Of a stretch of DNA of 64,000 nt, positions 1 to 13,350 are shown piece by piece; the stretch's first letter is position 1; the number at the start of each line of letters is the position of its first letter. The DNA lies in the NCBI RefSeq assembly GCF_030028105.1, contig NC_092396.1, forward strand, positions 21,597,820-21,661,819, given 5' to 3'. The DNA comes from Mobula birostris. Taxonomy: Eukaryota. The position numbers and the translations under genes are program-made. The notes beneath the pieces are model-generated. The model had not been told where the DNA came from, ran no database searches, and saw only the letters and a list, made by a program, of their open reading frames with translations.

Positions 1-439
1 CTGTCAACTCAACAGAACAGTCACTGGTTCTGCAACAGAGTTTAGACAGAAGACACCTGCAGATGCTGAAAATCCTGACCAACACACACAAAATGCTGGA
101 GGAACTGAACAAGTCAGGCAGTATCTGTGGAGGGGATTAAACACTCAATACGAGGGTGAGTTTGAATAGGAAAAGTCGAGACAGTTGATATTTTGCAGGC
201 AGTTAAAGATGAAGAGATCCAGAGCAGGCAGATACTGACGGTTTATTTCCCTCCATTGATGCTGCCTAACTTGCCAAGTTCCTGTATGTTCTGTAACATT
301 TTCTTAGGTCTGCCAGATTCTTTGGTATGAATAAATAAACACTGTTCTAAATGACATTTTATTTTGTGTACGTCTAAGTATTTTGCCGAAGTTGCAAAAA
401 GCACAAACAAGACAGTCACAATTATTGCTCTGCACTTAC

Positions 440-582
440 TTTTTGAGATGATTGTATATTCGGTTTAAGGTGTCCTGTTCGGAGTGATGGTCTTGCATCT
501 GAACTTTGCAGGTGTAGCGAAGGTGATGCTCGCTGAGACCCAACTCTTTTACAGCCTGCTCAGGCGTAACCAGACGAAGGCT
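440..582 (-). CDS. INTS11: INTS11 coding exon 15
   Basis: SLRLVTPEQAVKELGLSEHHLRYTCKVQMQDHHSEQDTLNRIYNHLK; CAG/GTAAGT. Confidence 0.95.
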
Positions 583-671
583 CTGGATGAAGCAGAAAAA
601 AAATTACACTTCCTCCCCACTTCCAATGATCCTTAACTTTACACTTAAAGTACGAGAAATGTGTCACTCAC

Positions 672-733
672 ATTATCCTTTATAATCAGTGTGCCGTGCA
701 TTAGCTTCTGTTTCTTTGGATCAGGTAGTGGGC
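672..733 (-). CDS. INTS11: INTS11 coding exon 14
   Basis: PLPDPKKQKLMHGTLIIKDN; TTTAG/GTGAGT. Confidence 0.93.
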
Positions 734-1057
734 CTAAAGTATTGGGAGAAATGTTATGTAGTTATCATAATAAACAACATTATAAATTGAATTACTTAGC
801 AAGCTAATAAAATAATAAATATTTCTTGACATCAGCTAGTACAGCTGCTGACTTAGAGCACCAGTGGCTTATGTGGGGTATCTTAAAGTGTAAGGTGTTA
901 GACTTGAGGAAATCTCAATGAAATGTAACATGGGATTTGAGAGGGTAAATATGAACACCCAACTGCTCATATACATCTATTATTCCTTCACTAATGATCC
1001 CAGCAAACTGGAACTCAGACCCACCATCCTGCCTTTAGATTTCATAAAATCCTTATG

Positions 1058-1603
1058 CACTCAGTGGCCACTTTATCAGGTTCACCTATAGACCTGCTCG
1101 TTTATGCAAATATCTAATCAGCCAATCACTTGGCAGTAACTCAATGCATAAAAGCATGTAGACATTGTCAAGAGGCTCAGCTGTTGTTCAGACCAAATAT
1201 CAGACTGCGGAAGCAATGTGATCTAAGTGACTTTGACTGTGGAATGATTGTTGGTGCCAGACAGAATAGTTTGAGTATCTCAGAAACTGCTGATCTCCTG
1301 GGATTTTCACACACAATAGTCTCTAGAGTTTACAGAGAATGGTGCGAGGGACAAAAACATCCAGTGAGCGGCAGCTCTGTGGGTGAAAACGCCTTGTTAA
1401 TGAGAGAGGTCAGAGGAGAATGGCCAGTCTGGTTCAAAATGACAGGAAGGTGACCATAACTCAAATAACCACACGTTACAACAGTGGTGTGCAGAAGGGC
1501 ATCGCTGAATGCACAACATGTCAAAACTTAAAGTGGATGGGTTACAGAAGCAAAAGACCACACCAGGTTCCACTCCTGTACCCAATAAAGTGGCCACTAA
1601 TTG
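1058..1603 (+). mobile_element. Internally deleted Tc1-like DNA transposon
   Basis: TIRs CACTCAGTGGCCACTTTAT / ATAAAGTGGCCACTAATTG, TA on right flank; N-terminal HTH remnant DLSDFDCGMIVGARQNSLSISETADLLGFSHTIVSRVYREW. Confidence 0.9.
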
Positions 1604-1793
1604 TACACGTACACGCACCCGTCCTGGTTTAGTTCTGGTAACTCACCACAGACCAACGATCAAACCAGGTTTCACCTTGGCTGGTTTATCCACTTAAAAT
1701 TAAGGACATAAATCAAGCATTCATTTACTCACAAACACAACTGCAGGTACTTCAAGTTTAATTCGGATTCTAAAGAAAGAGTACTTTTATTAC

Positions 1794-1901
1794 CAAGAAC
1801 TGAATCCCTCTTGAGCAAGCAGAGCGAAATATCCACCGGAATATTGGGATTGGTAACTATTGTAGCTGTTTCTCCATTGGCTGGCATGTAACAATTAATA
1901 C
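1794..1901 (-). CDS. INTS11: INTS11 coding exon 13
   Basis: [35 protein letters not shown](G). Confidence 0.95.
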
Positions 1902-2029
1902 CTGGACACAAAACATCGGTAAAAAATTTAAAAAATCATTCCAAGAGTTAACAAAATAAATTATTTAAAAATATATTAATGCCCAAAATGGAACTGAATT
2001 CAGCACAGCACAAGAGCAAGACCTAGAGT

Positions 2030-2765
2030 CAAAAACCAAACTGGTGGTGGAACTCGGGGACAAGCAGCATCTGTGGAGGCAGAAGGATGTTGGACGTTCT
2101 AGATCGAGTGTAGAGGGAAGATGACCTGTGAGGAGGAGGGGCGAGGAAAGAGACAGGTGAAAGAGAACAGGAAGTGTGGTATGATCGGCGGATGGAACAG
2201 GGACGTGGAGGGTAGGGGAGGGTGGAAGCTGTTAGGTGGAAACAACGGAGGTTTGCAGACTGTGGGAACCTGATAAGTAAGGCAGGTGATGAGTGGATGA
2301 CCAGTTCAAACAGTAGGGAGAGGACAGGAGACCCAGAGAGTTAAGTGTGTGGAGGATAAGCAGATAGAGCAAGGCAGGAGGAGGAGAAGCTGGTTTATGG
2401 GGAGTTGCGGAGGGGCAAAGTTGGAGAGAAGGGGAGGACCGATGACAGAAACTGGATAGAGCAGGAGAGACAAATGAAAACAAAGGTTGCAGGTAACTTG
2501 AAGTTGGAAAATTCAATGTTCATACTATTGAGGTACCGTCCTACTTTGCTCTTGGCCTTACTCTGGCTTCGGAGAAGACCAAGGACGTACATGTAATTGT
2601 GGGAATGGGAAGGGGACTGAAACTGCATGTAACCAGGAGCTCAAGATCACCATTGCGGCCATTCCATCTGGTCAGCCTGATCAGGGATCTTGGACCTGAA
2701 ACATCAGCCATTTCTCTTTCTACAGTTGTTGCTGGTCTTACTGAATGTTTCCAGAATCTTTTGGT
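2030..2765. mobile_element. Old Penelope-like element, inverted 3'-end pair
   Basis: Minus-strand remnant MNIEFSNF plus 3' UTR, then a plus-strand terminal remnant. Confidence 0.65.
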
Positions 2766-3028
2766 TTTAGTTGTGAGAAGAATGGTGGACCCGTTTACCT
2801 ACTTAGGCTCTTGTTGAAGGATTATTTCAGGAAAAAAAATGATGGTAAACCCAGTCTTTGCAATAAGTTGTAAGTATTAACAGATACCGGGTACATCTTG
2901 GCCTGTTCATCTTTATATAATCCTAACAATTTGATTCAAAGGAAAGACTTAAATTCAAGTTGTAAAGGCCCTGTTAGTGTACCTATTCATGGCAGATGCA
3001 ATAATGCTTGCGATTGAATGAGACTTAC

Positions 3029-3191
3029 TAAATTCCTGCTCGATTTTCTGTTTGAGAAATCCCATTTTCTTTGCTTCTCCGTGAACCAACAGCACATTCT
3101 GTGGCTCTGCTTGACGAATGAGTTGCATGATGCCTTTAGCATCAGCATGTGCACTGAACGACATGTACTCCACCTGCATCTTCACTTCTAG
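3029..3191 (-). CDS. INTS11: INTS11 coding exon 12
   Basis: [42 protein letters not shown]...IEQEF. Confidence 0.98.
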
Positions 3192-4823
3192 CTGGGAAGT
3201 ACAGTTAAGGAATAAGCGGTGTTAAAAAAATATCTTCAATTAAAATGAAATTAACATTTTTTAAGCAGAACTCAAATTCTCAATTTCTAATTTATACATA
3301 ATGCAAAAGAAATAATGAAACCAATCCATTATTTCCAAGATGCACAAAATATATCTTGTAAGCTCCTTATGCCTCTCAGTATATGGATCTCTAATAATAG
3401 CTCACAAGAAGAATAGCTCAGCCTCAGTAATATCAGTTTGAGGGGAAAAGAGCTTTCTCAGCTAATTTCAGAGCAAAAATGTGTTTGCATTAAATTATAT
3501 GCAATTAGTATTAATAAATAAAAAGCCAACTAAAATTACAACCTTCTCTACTAAAAGGAAGAGCATACATCTTTCTGAACTATGAATCTAGAAATGGATT
3601 GATTGAGTACATAAATAATATAAAATAAAGATTGTCCTGAAAAATAATGAGATTAAAATTGCACGGAATATAGGACACCATTGTTGTGAAAAGCTTTTAG
3701 AAATATATTTAAAGCAAACATTTAGTTAGTCAAACAGCAGGGCCCTAAAGAGCTCCTGCAGTAAATAAGATACTGGTTGTGTCCGAGGAAACAAATACAC
3801 AACCACAGCGAGAGAGTGGGAAGTGATTAGTGAGTGCCTGAGGAATCAGTGTGGAGACTTTGAAGTAACAGATATAATCAATTCAGAGTGCTGCGACAAA
3901 CAGTGCTGCTTAAATTTGTCAATGACATCATAAAATTGGTCATTGGAAATAAAAGCTACAAATAACAGAGGATAAATCAATTTTTGGAAAACAGGGAAAT
4001 TTAAGATTTAGACAAACAAATGCCAAATGTGGACAATATTGAATAGGAGAGTTGACTCTGAATTACAAAATTACAAGGCACATTGCAAAAAAAAAAGGAA
4101 TCTTGTGATACAAGTGCTTAGTGCATTAAATTTATCAGTATAGCATGTGTGATGGTAATATGGAAACCGAACCTCAAATCTTAAAGTACACAGCAAGAAC
4201 AGCAAATACACAAGCTAATAACAGGTTTATAAGCACTGAGTCTAACCCATTACATGTAGTGTACACAATTCTGTTTAGGGTGCTACAACCATTGAGTCAG
4301 AACTGATACCAAGCAGACTGTCAAGTCAGAGTTTAGATATTGAAGCTACGAAAAGAGACAATGAAGCTTGGATCATTGTACAGAAGGAGGAAGGGTTGCG
4401 TGAAGCATCCCAGAAATCCCTAAATCTCTAAAGTGGAATCATCGCCAGGGCTAATTGACTGAAATATCAGAATAATGAAGGATTCTGGGGTTAAATGACA
4501 GAGGGGCTGACCACTGCTGCACTGTCATCCAGCAAACAAGACATTTACACACAACTCCTTCCACATCTGGAGGATGTTAATGATCCAATTAGATTTCCTG
4601 AAGTAGTTCAGGAAGATTATCAGATGTTCCCATAAATTCCTTTCTTAACTAATACTGCCAAAACAAAACTAAATGAACTAGTCATTCATCTCAGTTTCAT
4701 TTGAAGTATCTAATTCTCGAGTGTCACTCGATGAATCAATTTGATGAAGTCTTTTGCCTTGGGAACAGTATTTCCTAAAGGCCAAAAACCTCAGTTCTTT
4801 AATGAATGCAAAACAGTGCTTAC

Positions 4824-4913
4824 AGTTTGCCTCCCCTCCATTTCAAGTTTCCGTTGTCCACTAAGAATTTTATGTCCCACTGTTCCTTGCACACAATATC
4901 CTGGCATGATAAC
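4824..4913 (-). CDS. INTS11: INTS11 coding exon 11
   Basis: [30 protein letters not shown]. Confidence 0.97.
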
Positions 4914-5023
4914 CTGAGACAACAAGGACACAGTTAATAATCCAGACAAAATATTATGAAGAATTTATTGAAAGGAAAGGATTTGTACTGAATCCTTGGT
5001 GTAAGTAGGTCTTGATTTCTAAC

Positions 5024-5107
5024 CATGTTTTTGTCATTGCCTGCCCACTTCCTGAAAATCTGCAGGGACTGCCCAGCGTGAAGCATACCTGGTGTGGCAA
5101 ACACAAC
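5024..5107 (-). CDS. INTS11: INTS11 coding exon 10
   Basis: [28 protein letters not shown]. Confidence 0.98.
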
Positions 5108-5409
5108 CTGAAAAAAAAACAATCCTTATTGGAACTCCTCTGGCATGTATTATACACAAAACTTTCAACATTTTTTTTTACAAATTCAAATCCCAATGCG
5201 AGAGCAAAATTATATAAGTGGTTAACTGCTTGAGAATTCAAAATGTTAGAAGCTGCCAAAGTACAAGAAAGTAATTCAAAATAAATATTCAAAGGGTAAT
5301 TCGAGAAATTACTGTGTGTTGGTGAGTGGGAGGAAGGAGTTGGTTCTGTTGTAATTTTTTGCTTGTTGTGTTCTGCGTTGTTCTGCCAAGCATTGTGGGC
5401 AAGCTGTTT

Positions 5410-5637
5410 CCTTTTTCCTATGGTCCACTCTCCTCTCCAATCACATTCTTTCTTCTCCTGTCCTTGACCCTTCCCACCCACCTGGTTTCACCTATCACCT
5501 TCCAGATGGCTCCCCCACCGCCCCCCCACCTTTTTATTCTGGCATCTTCCCTCAGTCCTGAAGAAGGGTCTTGGCCTGAAATGTCAACTGTTTATTGTTT
5601 CCCATTGATGCTGCCTAACCTGCTGAGTTCCTCCAGC

Positions 5638-5707
<70 letters not shown>

Positions 5708-5750
5708 GTGTGTTGCATGTTGCTTTGGATTTCCAGTATTTATAGACTTT
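5410..5750 (+). mobile_element. Penelope-like 3' terminus with hammerhead motif
   Basis: CAGTCCTGAAGAAGGGTCTTGGCCTGAAATGTCAACTG and GCTGAGTTCCTCCAGCATT terminus shared with the 54040-55748 element. Confidence 0.85.
5640..5705. repeat. (TG)n microsatellite, about 33 units
   Basis: Perfect dinucleotide run inside the PLE tail. Confidence 0.98.
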
Positions 5751-6368
5751 ATTTGCGATAAGCTATTTTAGTGCCAGAATGTGTGGCAACACTTGCAGAC
5801 TGCCCAGCAATCCTTAGCTGTGTTGTTAATACAAAAGACACATTTCCCTGTGTTTTAACACAAACATTTGATTAAAATATCTGAATCAGAATAATCAAAA
5901 TTATTCTAATTAAGGAAGAAATGGACGAAGATTTTGCACATATGGAAACTGCTAGTTTTCTTTTCAAAAGCACATGCTAAAAATTCTTGCTTATAATCCA
6001 CAAGTATTCACTCCCTTACTTACTCAGTGTAGTGAGCAATTTATCTCCGACCCATTGCATACTAGCTAATCTCATTATGGTGAAAACTGGGTCGCCAGTT
6101 AGTTTGTGTCATTAGGCAGATAAAAAAGAAAACAACCACGAACAGTGTTCCCACAGATGTAATTTTTTCAGTGACCCCCTACTAGGAAACAATATGTGGT
6201 TTCTAGGCATGTACTAGACAGATACAATAACTATCCCTTTTTATGGCAGAACAATCTGCCAGCATTCACATACAAAGTGCTCATTCTAGTCCACTGCCAA
6301 TACTCAACAAACTACAATTATGAAGTCACTGACTTTATATGAAGAAAAATAAAAAGGTGGTTGGATAC

Positions 6369-6662
6369 CTCCCTATGGTGCTCCCTCCCCCTTCACTTCC
6401 TTCCATGGCCTTCTGACCTCTCCTATCAAAATCTCCCTTCTCCAGCCCTGTATCTCTTTCACCTATCACCTTGTGTTTCTTTTGACCCTCCCCTCACCTT
6501 TTTACTCTGAATCCTCTCCTTTTTTTCTCCAATCCTCATGAAGGGTCTTGGCCCGAAACTTCAACTATACTCTTTTTCTATAGATGCTGTCTGGCCTGCC
6601 GTGTTCCTCCAGCATTTTGTGTGTGTTGCTTGCATTTCTAGTATCTGCAGATTTTCTCTTGT
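6369..6662 (+). mobile_element. Penelope-like 3' fragment with perfect 14-bp TSD
   Basis: AGGTGGTTGGATAC at 6355-6368 and 6663-6676; PLE terminus. Confidence 0.9.
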
Positions 6663-6900
6663 AGGTGGTTGGATACATATAGTTTTGCTAAAATAATTTT
6701 GATACAGCTAATGAATCACAGAATTTTGCAGTACAAGAAATCCCATGTCGGCACTGTTCAAATAACAGAAATTTGCACTTACAGAATTCACAAATAACTC
6801 CTCAAAAATTTGACATACCTAATAAAATTAGCTCTCATGGAAAAAAAATAGGAAATAAAGACAATATCTTTTCAACTCTTGTTTCTTGGCAGAGACATAC

Positions 6901-7090
6901 CATTGGTCCAGGGTTGTCAGCATACGCCCTATCAAATGCCTTGATGTGTTTGAACTCAAACATGTTTCTCTGCACAAAGGTCTTCCTAATTTTTTGATTG
7001 GTCCACGTAATGAATAATTTATAATAATGGTTGGCTTTTTCTGTCAGTCCAGTCGAGAAATAGATTGGTGCCTTCAAGTTCATTCTCTCC
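6901..7090 (-). CDS. INTS11: INTS11 coding exon 9
   Basis: [26 protein letters not shown]...DNPGPM. Confidence 0.98.
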
Positions 7091-7479
7091 CTGTGTGCAG
7101 AAACAACAGTAACTTGTCAATATTGTCATGGATAATTTAACCATGGAGATTTCCCTTCTGCAGGCCTTTGGTGGAATTCATAATATGTGAATTATATGTG
7201 GTTTGTAAAAGAAATGAGTGTAATGAACTAAATTATCTTTTCTGTACATTCTGCATCAGAGTGTAGGTAGTACTGCTGGAAGTTTCTTTTCAATTCATCT
7301 CAAAATCTGAACCGTTTTGCCATTATAACTTTCACCTCTGTATCTGTTTAAATGTCAGTCAGTTTAAGGGACTCCTTCACTAACAGAGGCGCCAGATTTC
7401 AGATGGAATGTTACTTCGTACTAGCTTCTCACTTAGCAGGATTCTCAAAGTTGTTCAAAGATAAACAAAGTCTTCCAAT

Positions 7480-7990
7480 GTCCTGTGTAATAAGGCTACC
7501 TCTCAAAAGCACTCCAGCAACGCCCGGTGCATCCTCCTCTAATTCCATGAGGTTCAATGCAGGTTGGGGACTGCTTCATCAAACATCTTTGCTGTCTGCC
7601 ACAACCGCCAGACTCTCCCTGCGGCCACCTCTTTCAATTTCACGTCTCATTCCCATAACGACTTATCTGTCCATGGCCTCCTCTAATGCCACAAAAAGGC
7701 CAAACCCAGGCTGGAAGAACAACAAACACCCTGCTTTCTCCCCTACCCTTCTCTCTTTTTCCTACCCCATTCTGGTTACCCTCTCACCCTTCCCTTTCCC
7801 TCCCCGCCCTCATATTCAGCCCACCACCTTCCTCTGGTTCCTTCACTCCTTCCATTGTCCTCTCCTATTAGATTCCTTCTTCTTCAGCCCTTTACTTCTT
7901 CCATCTGTCATCCTCCCTCCCCCACCTTGTCTCATCTTCACCTGCCAACCAGTTCGCCAACCCTTCCCCTCCACCTTCTGATTCTGCCTC
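7480..7990 (+). mobile_element. Decayed Penelope-like GIY-YIG/3' UTR fragment
   Basis: Similar to 55130-55630 (AGGCTGGAAGAACAAC, pyrimidine-rich UTR). Confidence 0.65.
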
Positions 7991-8289
7991 AGCTCCTCTT
8001 TTGTGGCACTTCCCTATGGCTCTAAATACCCTGATCTTTCAAAAACGCATCTACTTCATCCTTAAATATCCCCGTGATCTACTCTCCTCAACCCTCTGAG
8101 GTAGGGAATTCCAGAGAGTGACGACACTATGCATTTCAGCTTTAAATGACACCCCCCCCCCTTGTAACAATGTCTCCTTGATCAAGATTCTCCCACTAGT
8201 GGAAACATCTCCACAATTATCCTGTCATGCTCCCTAAAGTCCTTATCTTTCAATAAGATTACCGCTCATTTTCCTAAACTACGAAGAAT

Positions 8290-8545
8290 ATTTATTTACT
8301 TGGTGATACTGCATGGAGAAGGCCCTTCCAGCCCTTCAATCCACACTGCCCTAGCAACCCCAAGCAAACTACAGGACAATTTACAATGACCAATTAATCT
8401 ACCCAGTATGTCTTTGGACTGTGGGAAACCCACACATTCCACAGGAAGGACATACAGAGACTCCTTACAGAACAGCACCGGAATTGAACTCCAAACTCCA
8501 GAATGCCCTAAGCTGTAGTTGCATCATGCTAACCACTATGATCAC
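8290..8545 (-). mobile_element. V-SINE/HE1-like SINE
   Basis: V-SINE-like core (GTCTTTGGACTGTGGGAAACC...CTCCTTACAG), CR1-like tail; related copies near 38590-38860, 39380-39650, 45160-45315, 60700-60940. Confidence 0.6.
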
Positions 8546-8918
8546 ACCTGATCATCTACCGTCTTCCTGACTTACTATCAGACACATCTAATATTCCAAA
8601 TCCTGTCACTTTTGAACGCAATCACTGACTGAGCTTCTACAGCCCTTGTGAAGATTCACCACCCTCTGAATAAAGAAATTCCACATTACAGTCCTAAAAG
8701 ACCTACTCCTGTTTGACTCAAGATAAAACTGAAAAGCTTCATAATTTGTTTTAAAAAGCGATCAGCACAGAGATTGTAATGAACAGGGACTGAAACAGGA
8801 ATCCGAAGCAAATACAATTGGACTTCAGGTTTTTTGTAAACTTGGAAATCAGAAGCTGTCCTAAATTTTCCAATTTTTTTTAAACTGTGCTAATTATTTT
8901 AGAAAAGCTGAAATTTAC

Positions 8919-8983
8919 CAGAAGGTCTCCAGCAGGATGCAAAGTTCCTGGGCTCGTCCAAGGGCAAAGACTGGAATCAGCAC
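8919..8983 (-). CDS. INTS11: INTS11 coding exon 8
   Basis: VLIPVFALGRAQELCILLETF(W). Confidence 0.97.
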
Positions 8984-11921
8984 CTATGAACATGAAAGTT
9001 CATCAAAATACTGAACAAGCCATTTCAGAAACATTACTGCAATTCACAGTTTACTCACAGGTCATTACTGCCTGTCTACTCGGTACAGACTGAGGGAAGT
9101 AGCAGGGACAGACCATTGGATCCCAGTTTCCTCTGGTTTATGCTGAGAGTCTTTCACCAAACAACCATGGTATGAGAGGGGAACAGTGAGGAAGGAAAAT
9201 CCTGTTGCTGATCTTTCTTGGAAAGGGGTTATGTATTGATGGAGCCTATACCTTGACTGAAACTTTGTACCAGTAGACTGAACACACAAGGTTCTGGAAG
9301 TAAGATAGCAAGGCTGATCACAGTCATTCTATCCTCTAAGACAACACTCTTAGGTTTGGTTTACTTAACGCAGGCTAGGAAGTGAAGCTGAATATTCTGC
9401 TCCTACCAAACCACTCAAAAAAGTACATCTGAAAATCAACAACATAACCTTGAATAAAAATGTTTACCTGACAAAATCAAAATTATTTTACTGGGCTTTA
9501 GCTTCTGAATAATCAACTGTGAAATAACTTCATTTTTGATTTCTATATCTAGGTGATGTATACAGACACAAATAAAAGTTTTTAACAGAGGAAAAGACCT
9601 GAACCAACCACATTAACATGGAAAGATTGTTATCGAAGATGTCCTGCCCCCTGCAAGACCCATCCAAACCGTAAGTGCAGCTATATCCAGACAGTGAAAC
9701 AAGGGGAAACTGAGAGGCAGTGAGCTTCAGTGAAATCAAAACTTATACCACCAGTCACCCCACATGAGGGGAACCAAGTTGGGAAGGAGAAAAAGAAGAA
9801 AATAGAGAGCAACTGGTTGGTATGGTAGTGTTACCAAATGCTCCAACAATGTTACCAACTCAGTTCAGGGGCTGTAGATGACCTCCAGAGCAATCAAGAT
9901 GCAGGGTTTGGCTGGATCACTCTAGAGGAAAAGAATAGTTCACAGTTCTAGAGAGTGCAATATTCCAAGCAGAAAGAGATACCTGGAGTCCTCAAAGAGG
10001 CTCGTAGAAAAATTAAGGCACAAGGTAGAAGGAGAAGGAAAAGAAAATGGAACCAATTTGGCAAACTAAAAATGGGTCACTGCACAAACCAATGTGACGG
10101 GAGCAACACCACTTGCAACCTACTTTTGGGAAGCCAAGAACATCAATGCCAACGGCAAAATTTACCTTTGCTGGAAACCAGTGCAGAACTCCAGGCATCC
10201 CAGCTTTAGGAATCTGGGACCAGTACCACAGGAGCTCTGGGAACCCATCAAAAAGAACAACACTCTCATGCTACTGTCGGTTCTAGGTTGAAGAGACTGA
10301 GTTTGGGAGGTAAAGTCAATGTAACCTAGGTAGTGGATTTTTAATATGATAGATACTGCCACCGCTGTGTGCTGGTGCTATAGAAAATGAATGTTTAAGG
10401 TGGTGGACTGAGCACAGTTCAAATAGACTGCTTTGTCCTAGATAATGTTCAAGTTTCTTGAGAACTTTCTGGGCTGTTCTCATCTAGACAATTGAAGAAT
10501 ACTTTATCAACCGCCTGACTTGTGCATTGTCAATGGAGGAAAGCTTTGGAGAGTCACTGACTGCAAAATACCTAAATCAGTTCTTGGAGTCATGAGATTT
10601 ACGTAGCTGATCCCACTGAATTTCTTGCTAATGGATTCACCTTTCTTCCCCGAGAATATTGATGTTGGGGAACGTCAAGGATAGGTGGTTAGTGTGTTAT
10701 TTTTCATTACAGTTCTGGTTACTCACACAGAATTCCACTACTTTTCTGATTCTCATGAACAAATGAACTAATATAATAATACTAAAGGCACTGGGGGAAC
10801 TCAGTGGGTCTGGCCCCCACCTATGGAGTGATGTGGATAGTCAACATTTCTGGTTCATCTGGACGTGAAGTAGCCAGTATAAAAATGTGGAGGGAAGGGT
10901 TGGAGCATGAACAAGCAGCTGATAGGTGGATCTAGGCTGGTGTGGGGTCTGGGGGAGGTGACAGGGAGATGAGGGCAGGAATAAAGTCAGAAGCTGGGGC
11001 ATGATGGGAGGGGAAAAAAGGATGAGCCATGATTTATGGTCTTATGTCTCTTGCTGAAAATCATCACTGCTTGGCACTTTCACGATGTGCATGTTACTTG
11101 TCACTTAAAATTGCATGTCTAAATCTTGCGGCATGCAGGAGTGGACTTGTTCTTTGCCGAGGAATCAAGCAAGCACAGAATCCAAATGTACTCCTGCTCA
11201 TTTGTCATTATGAATAGCACACAGGTAGCATAAATGTGTGCAGCACTACAGACAGGAGACCATAAGTCAACGCATGCTGAATCTACATTTGCAATTCCAG
11301 TTCAAAGACGGAGGTAGGCAGTGTAAAGGTGTCAGATAAGAAATGCACTGCATCGGCATTCCCTTGTTTTGATACCCCTTTCCTTATCCATCGTCTAACG
11401 TTATTTCGTCAGAACACTTCACAATGTCTTGGCTATCCATGGGAGACTAGCTATAAACCAAGAATATTTTTGTTTCTTCTTTTCTCTTTCTCCATCTGTC
11501 CTAATATCCACCCCGAGTCCATGGACACCTCTTAACATCGAGAAGCTCACCTTCTTACCTGGTACTTCAAGCAGTGAATGTCAAAGTGTTGACATTCAGA
11601 TGAGTTGATACCATCCCCGCTATACATTGTTATGCCATACATTTCATACAAAAGCACCAGATCAGGTGCAGCATTATGGCTGTGATGAGAATAAAGCTCA
11701 GAGAGCACAGTAAGACTCAGATGCTCACTGTTCTAATCTACTGTGCCATCACCAAGCCTGCATGGATAATTAGTAAAGAAAAAGTTATAACCAGAGAAGA
11801 CTAGGCAGAAAATGGTTCGGCACAGCCAAGAAGGACCAAAAGGCCTGTTTCTGTGCTGTAGTTTCTATGGTTTCTATGGTTAAGATATTTTTCTACAGAG
11901 AGTACAATATTTAAGCCATAC

Positions 11922-12060
11922 CTTTCCACCCCTCTCTATCGCATCATGCACTTTCTTCAGAAAATCTCTTTCTCGGCACCGCTTTGAGTCTCGGATGGTC
12001 GTGGCGTATGTAGATTCTGAGATTAATAAGTCAGGGCGACATTTGTCAATCCAAGCAGCT
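11922..12060 (-). CDS. INTS11: INTS11 coding exon 7
   Basis: [46 protein letters not shown]. Confidence 0.97.
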
Positions 12061-12864
12061 CTAAGACATACAAAAAGTCAAGGATTTGAGAAATCAAATA
12101 TTAATCGCAGAATAACTGAGTGTTGGAAGATAGAAGTATCTCAAACAGCCCATCAACTCTGCACAGTTGTTTTGTTCATAGTCTAGCATTTAATCAGAAG
12201 GAGAGAATCTGCCCATTGCAAGTTTGTCAGCTCTTTGAAAAATATCAGCCAATTGTTTCCACTTCCATGCTTATTAATGAAGCTCTACAATTCTATCTTT
12301 CCCATCAAACCTGAAAGGCTCTTAAACTATAATTAATTTACACTAACATGTAGCTCTGAAGTATCAGATTTTTCTTCTGCAGAATAGCATGTGTGTTGTT
12401 TTTATTTTGGTGGCAGAGCGGTAATTAAAGCCTTTGGATTTAACAGAAAAGCCTTCATTATTTCATTAGAAATGAAACTCATAGTAGGATAAGAAACAGC
12501 ACCAACTCTCTGGCTGGCAGCATGGCTATGCTAGAAAAAAACAATAATCACATCCCACATATTGAAAAATTGTACACATTTCTTAGGCTTGGGCACCATT
12601 CCCAATGATGTCCATAGATGGCTGTTCTGATGCTCATGAGAATGGCACAAGACGTTATGCCATTGCAGAACAATGGTCTTGCAACACCTGGCATTCTTTA
12701 TCCATTCCTCCTTTTCAACTATCTGCAAATTATGAAACATGGTTTGAAAAGACCCATTTCTTTGGTCAATGGTGTTCCAACCAAATGAATCACACATCCA
12801 AACCAAAAGCAACAATAAAAAAGACAAGTGCAGCAAGGGGAAAAATAACGAGCTTAAGTGGTCT

Positions 12865-13350
12865 GTGTTCTACAAATGTACTATGGAGAGTATTCTAACT
12901 GGCTGCATCACTGTCTGGTGGGGAGGGGAGGGGGACCTACTGCTCAGGATCAAAATAAGCAGCAGAGAATCTCAAACTTAGTCAGCTCCATTATGGGCAC
13001 TAGCCTCCGTAGTAAGCAGGACATCTTCAAGCACCAGTGCCTCAAAAGGCAGTGTGGATCATTAAGGACCCCCACCACCCAACTCATTGCTACCATCAGG
13101 AAGGATGTACAGAAGCTTGAAGGAACACACTCAATGATTCAGGAACTACTATCTGACTTCTGAATGGACATTGAACCCATGAACACTACCTCACTACTTA
13201 TTAATTTCTATTTTTGCACGACTTATCTAATTTAACTATGGTATACATTTACAGTAATTCAGATTTTTTTCATTATGTATTGCATTGTACTGATGCTGCA
13301 AAGATTACAAATTTCACAACATATGCCAGTGAAATTAAACTAGTTTCTGA
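12865..13350 (+). mobile_element. Rex1/Babar LINE 3' fragment
   Basis: FYKCTMESILTGCITVW motif; 3' UTR shared with 14400-14627. Confidence 0.8.
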
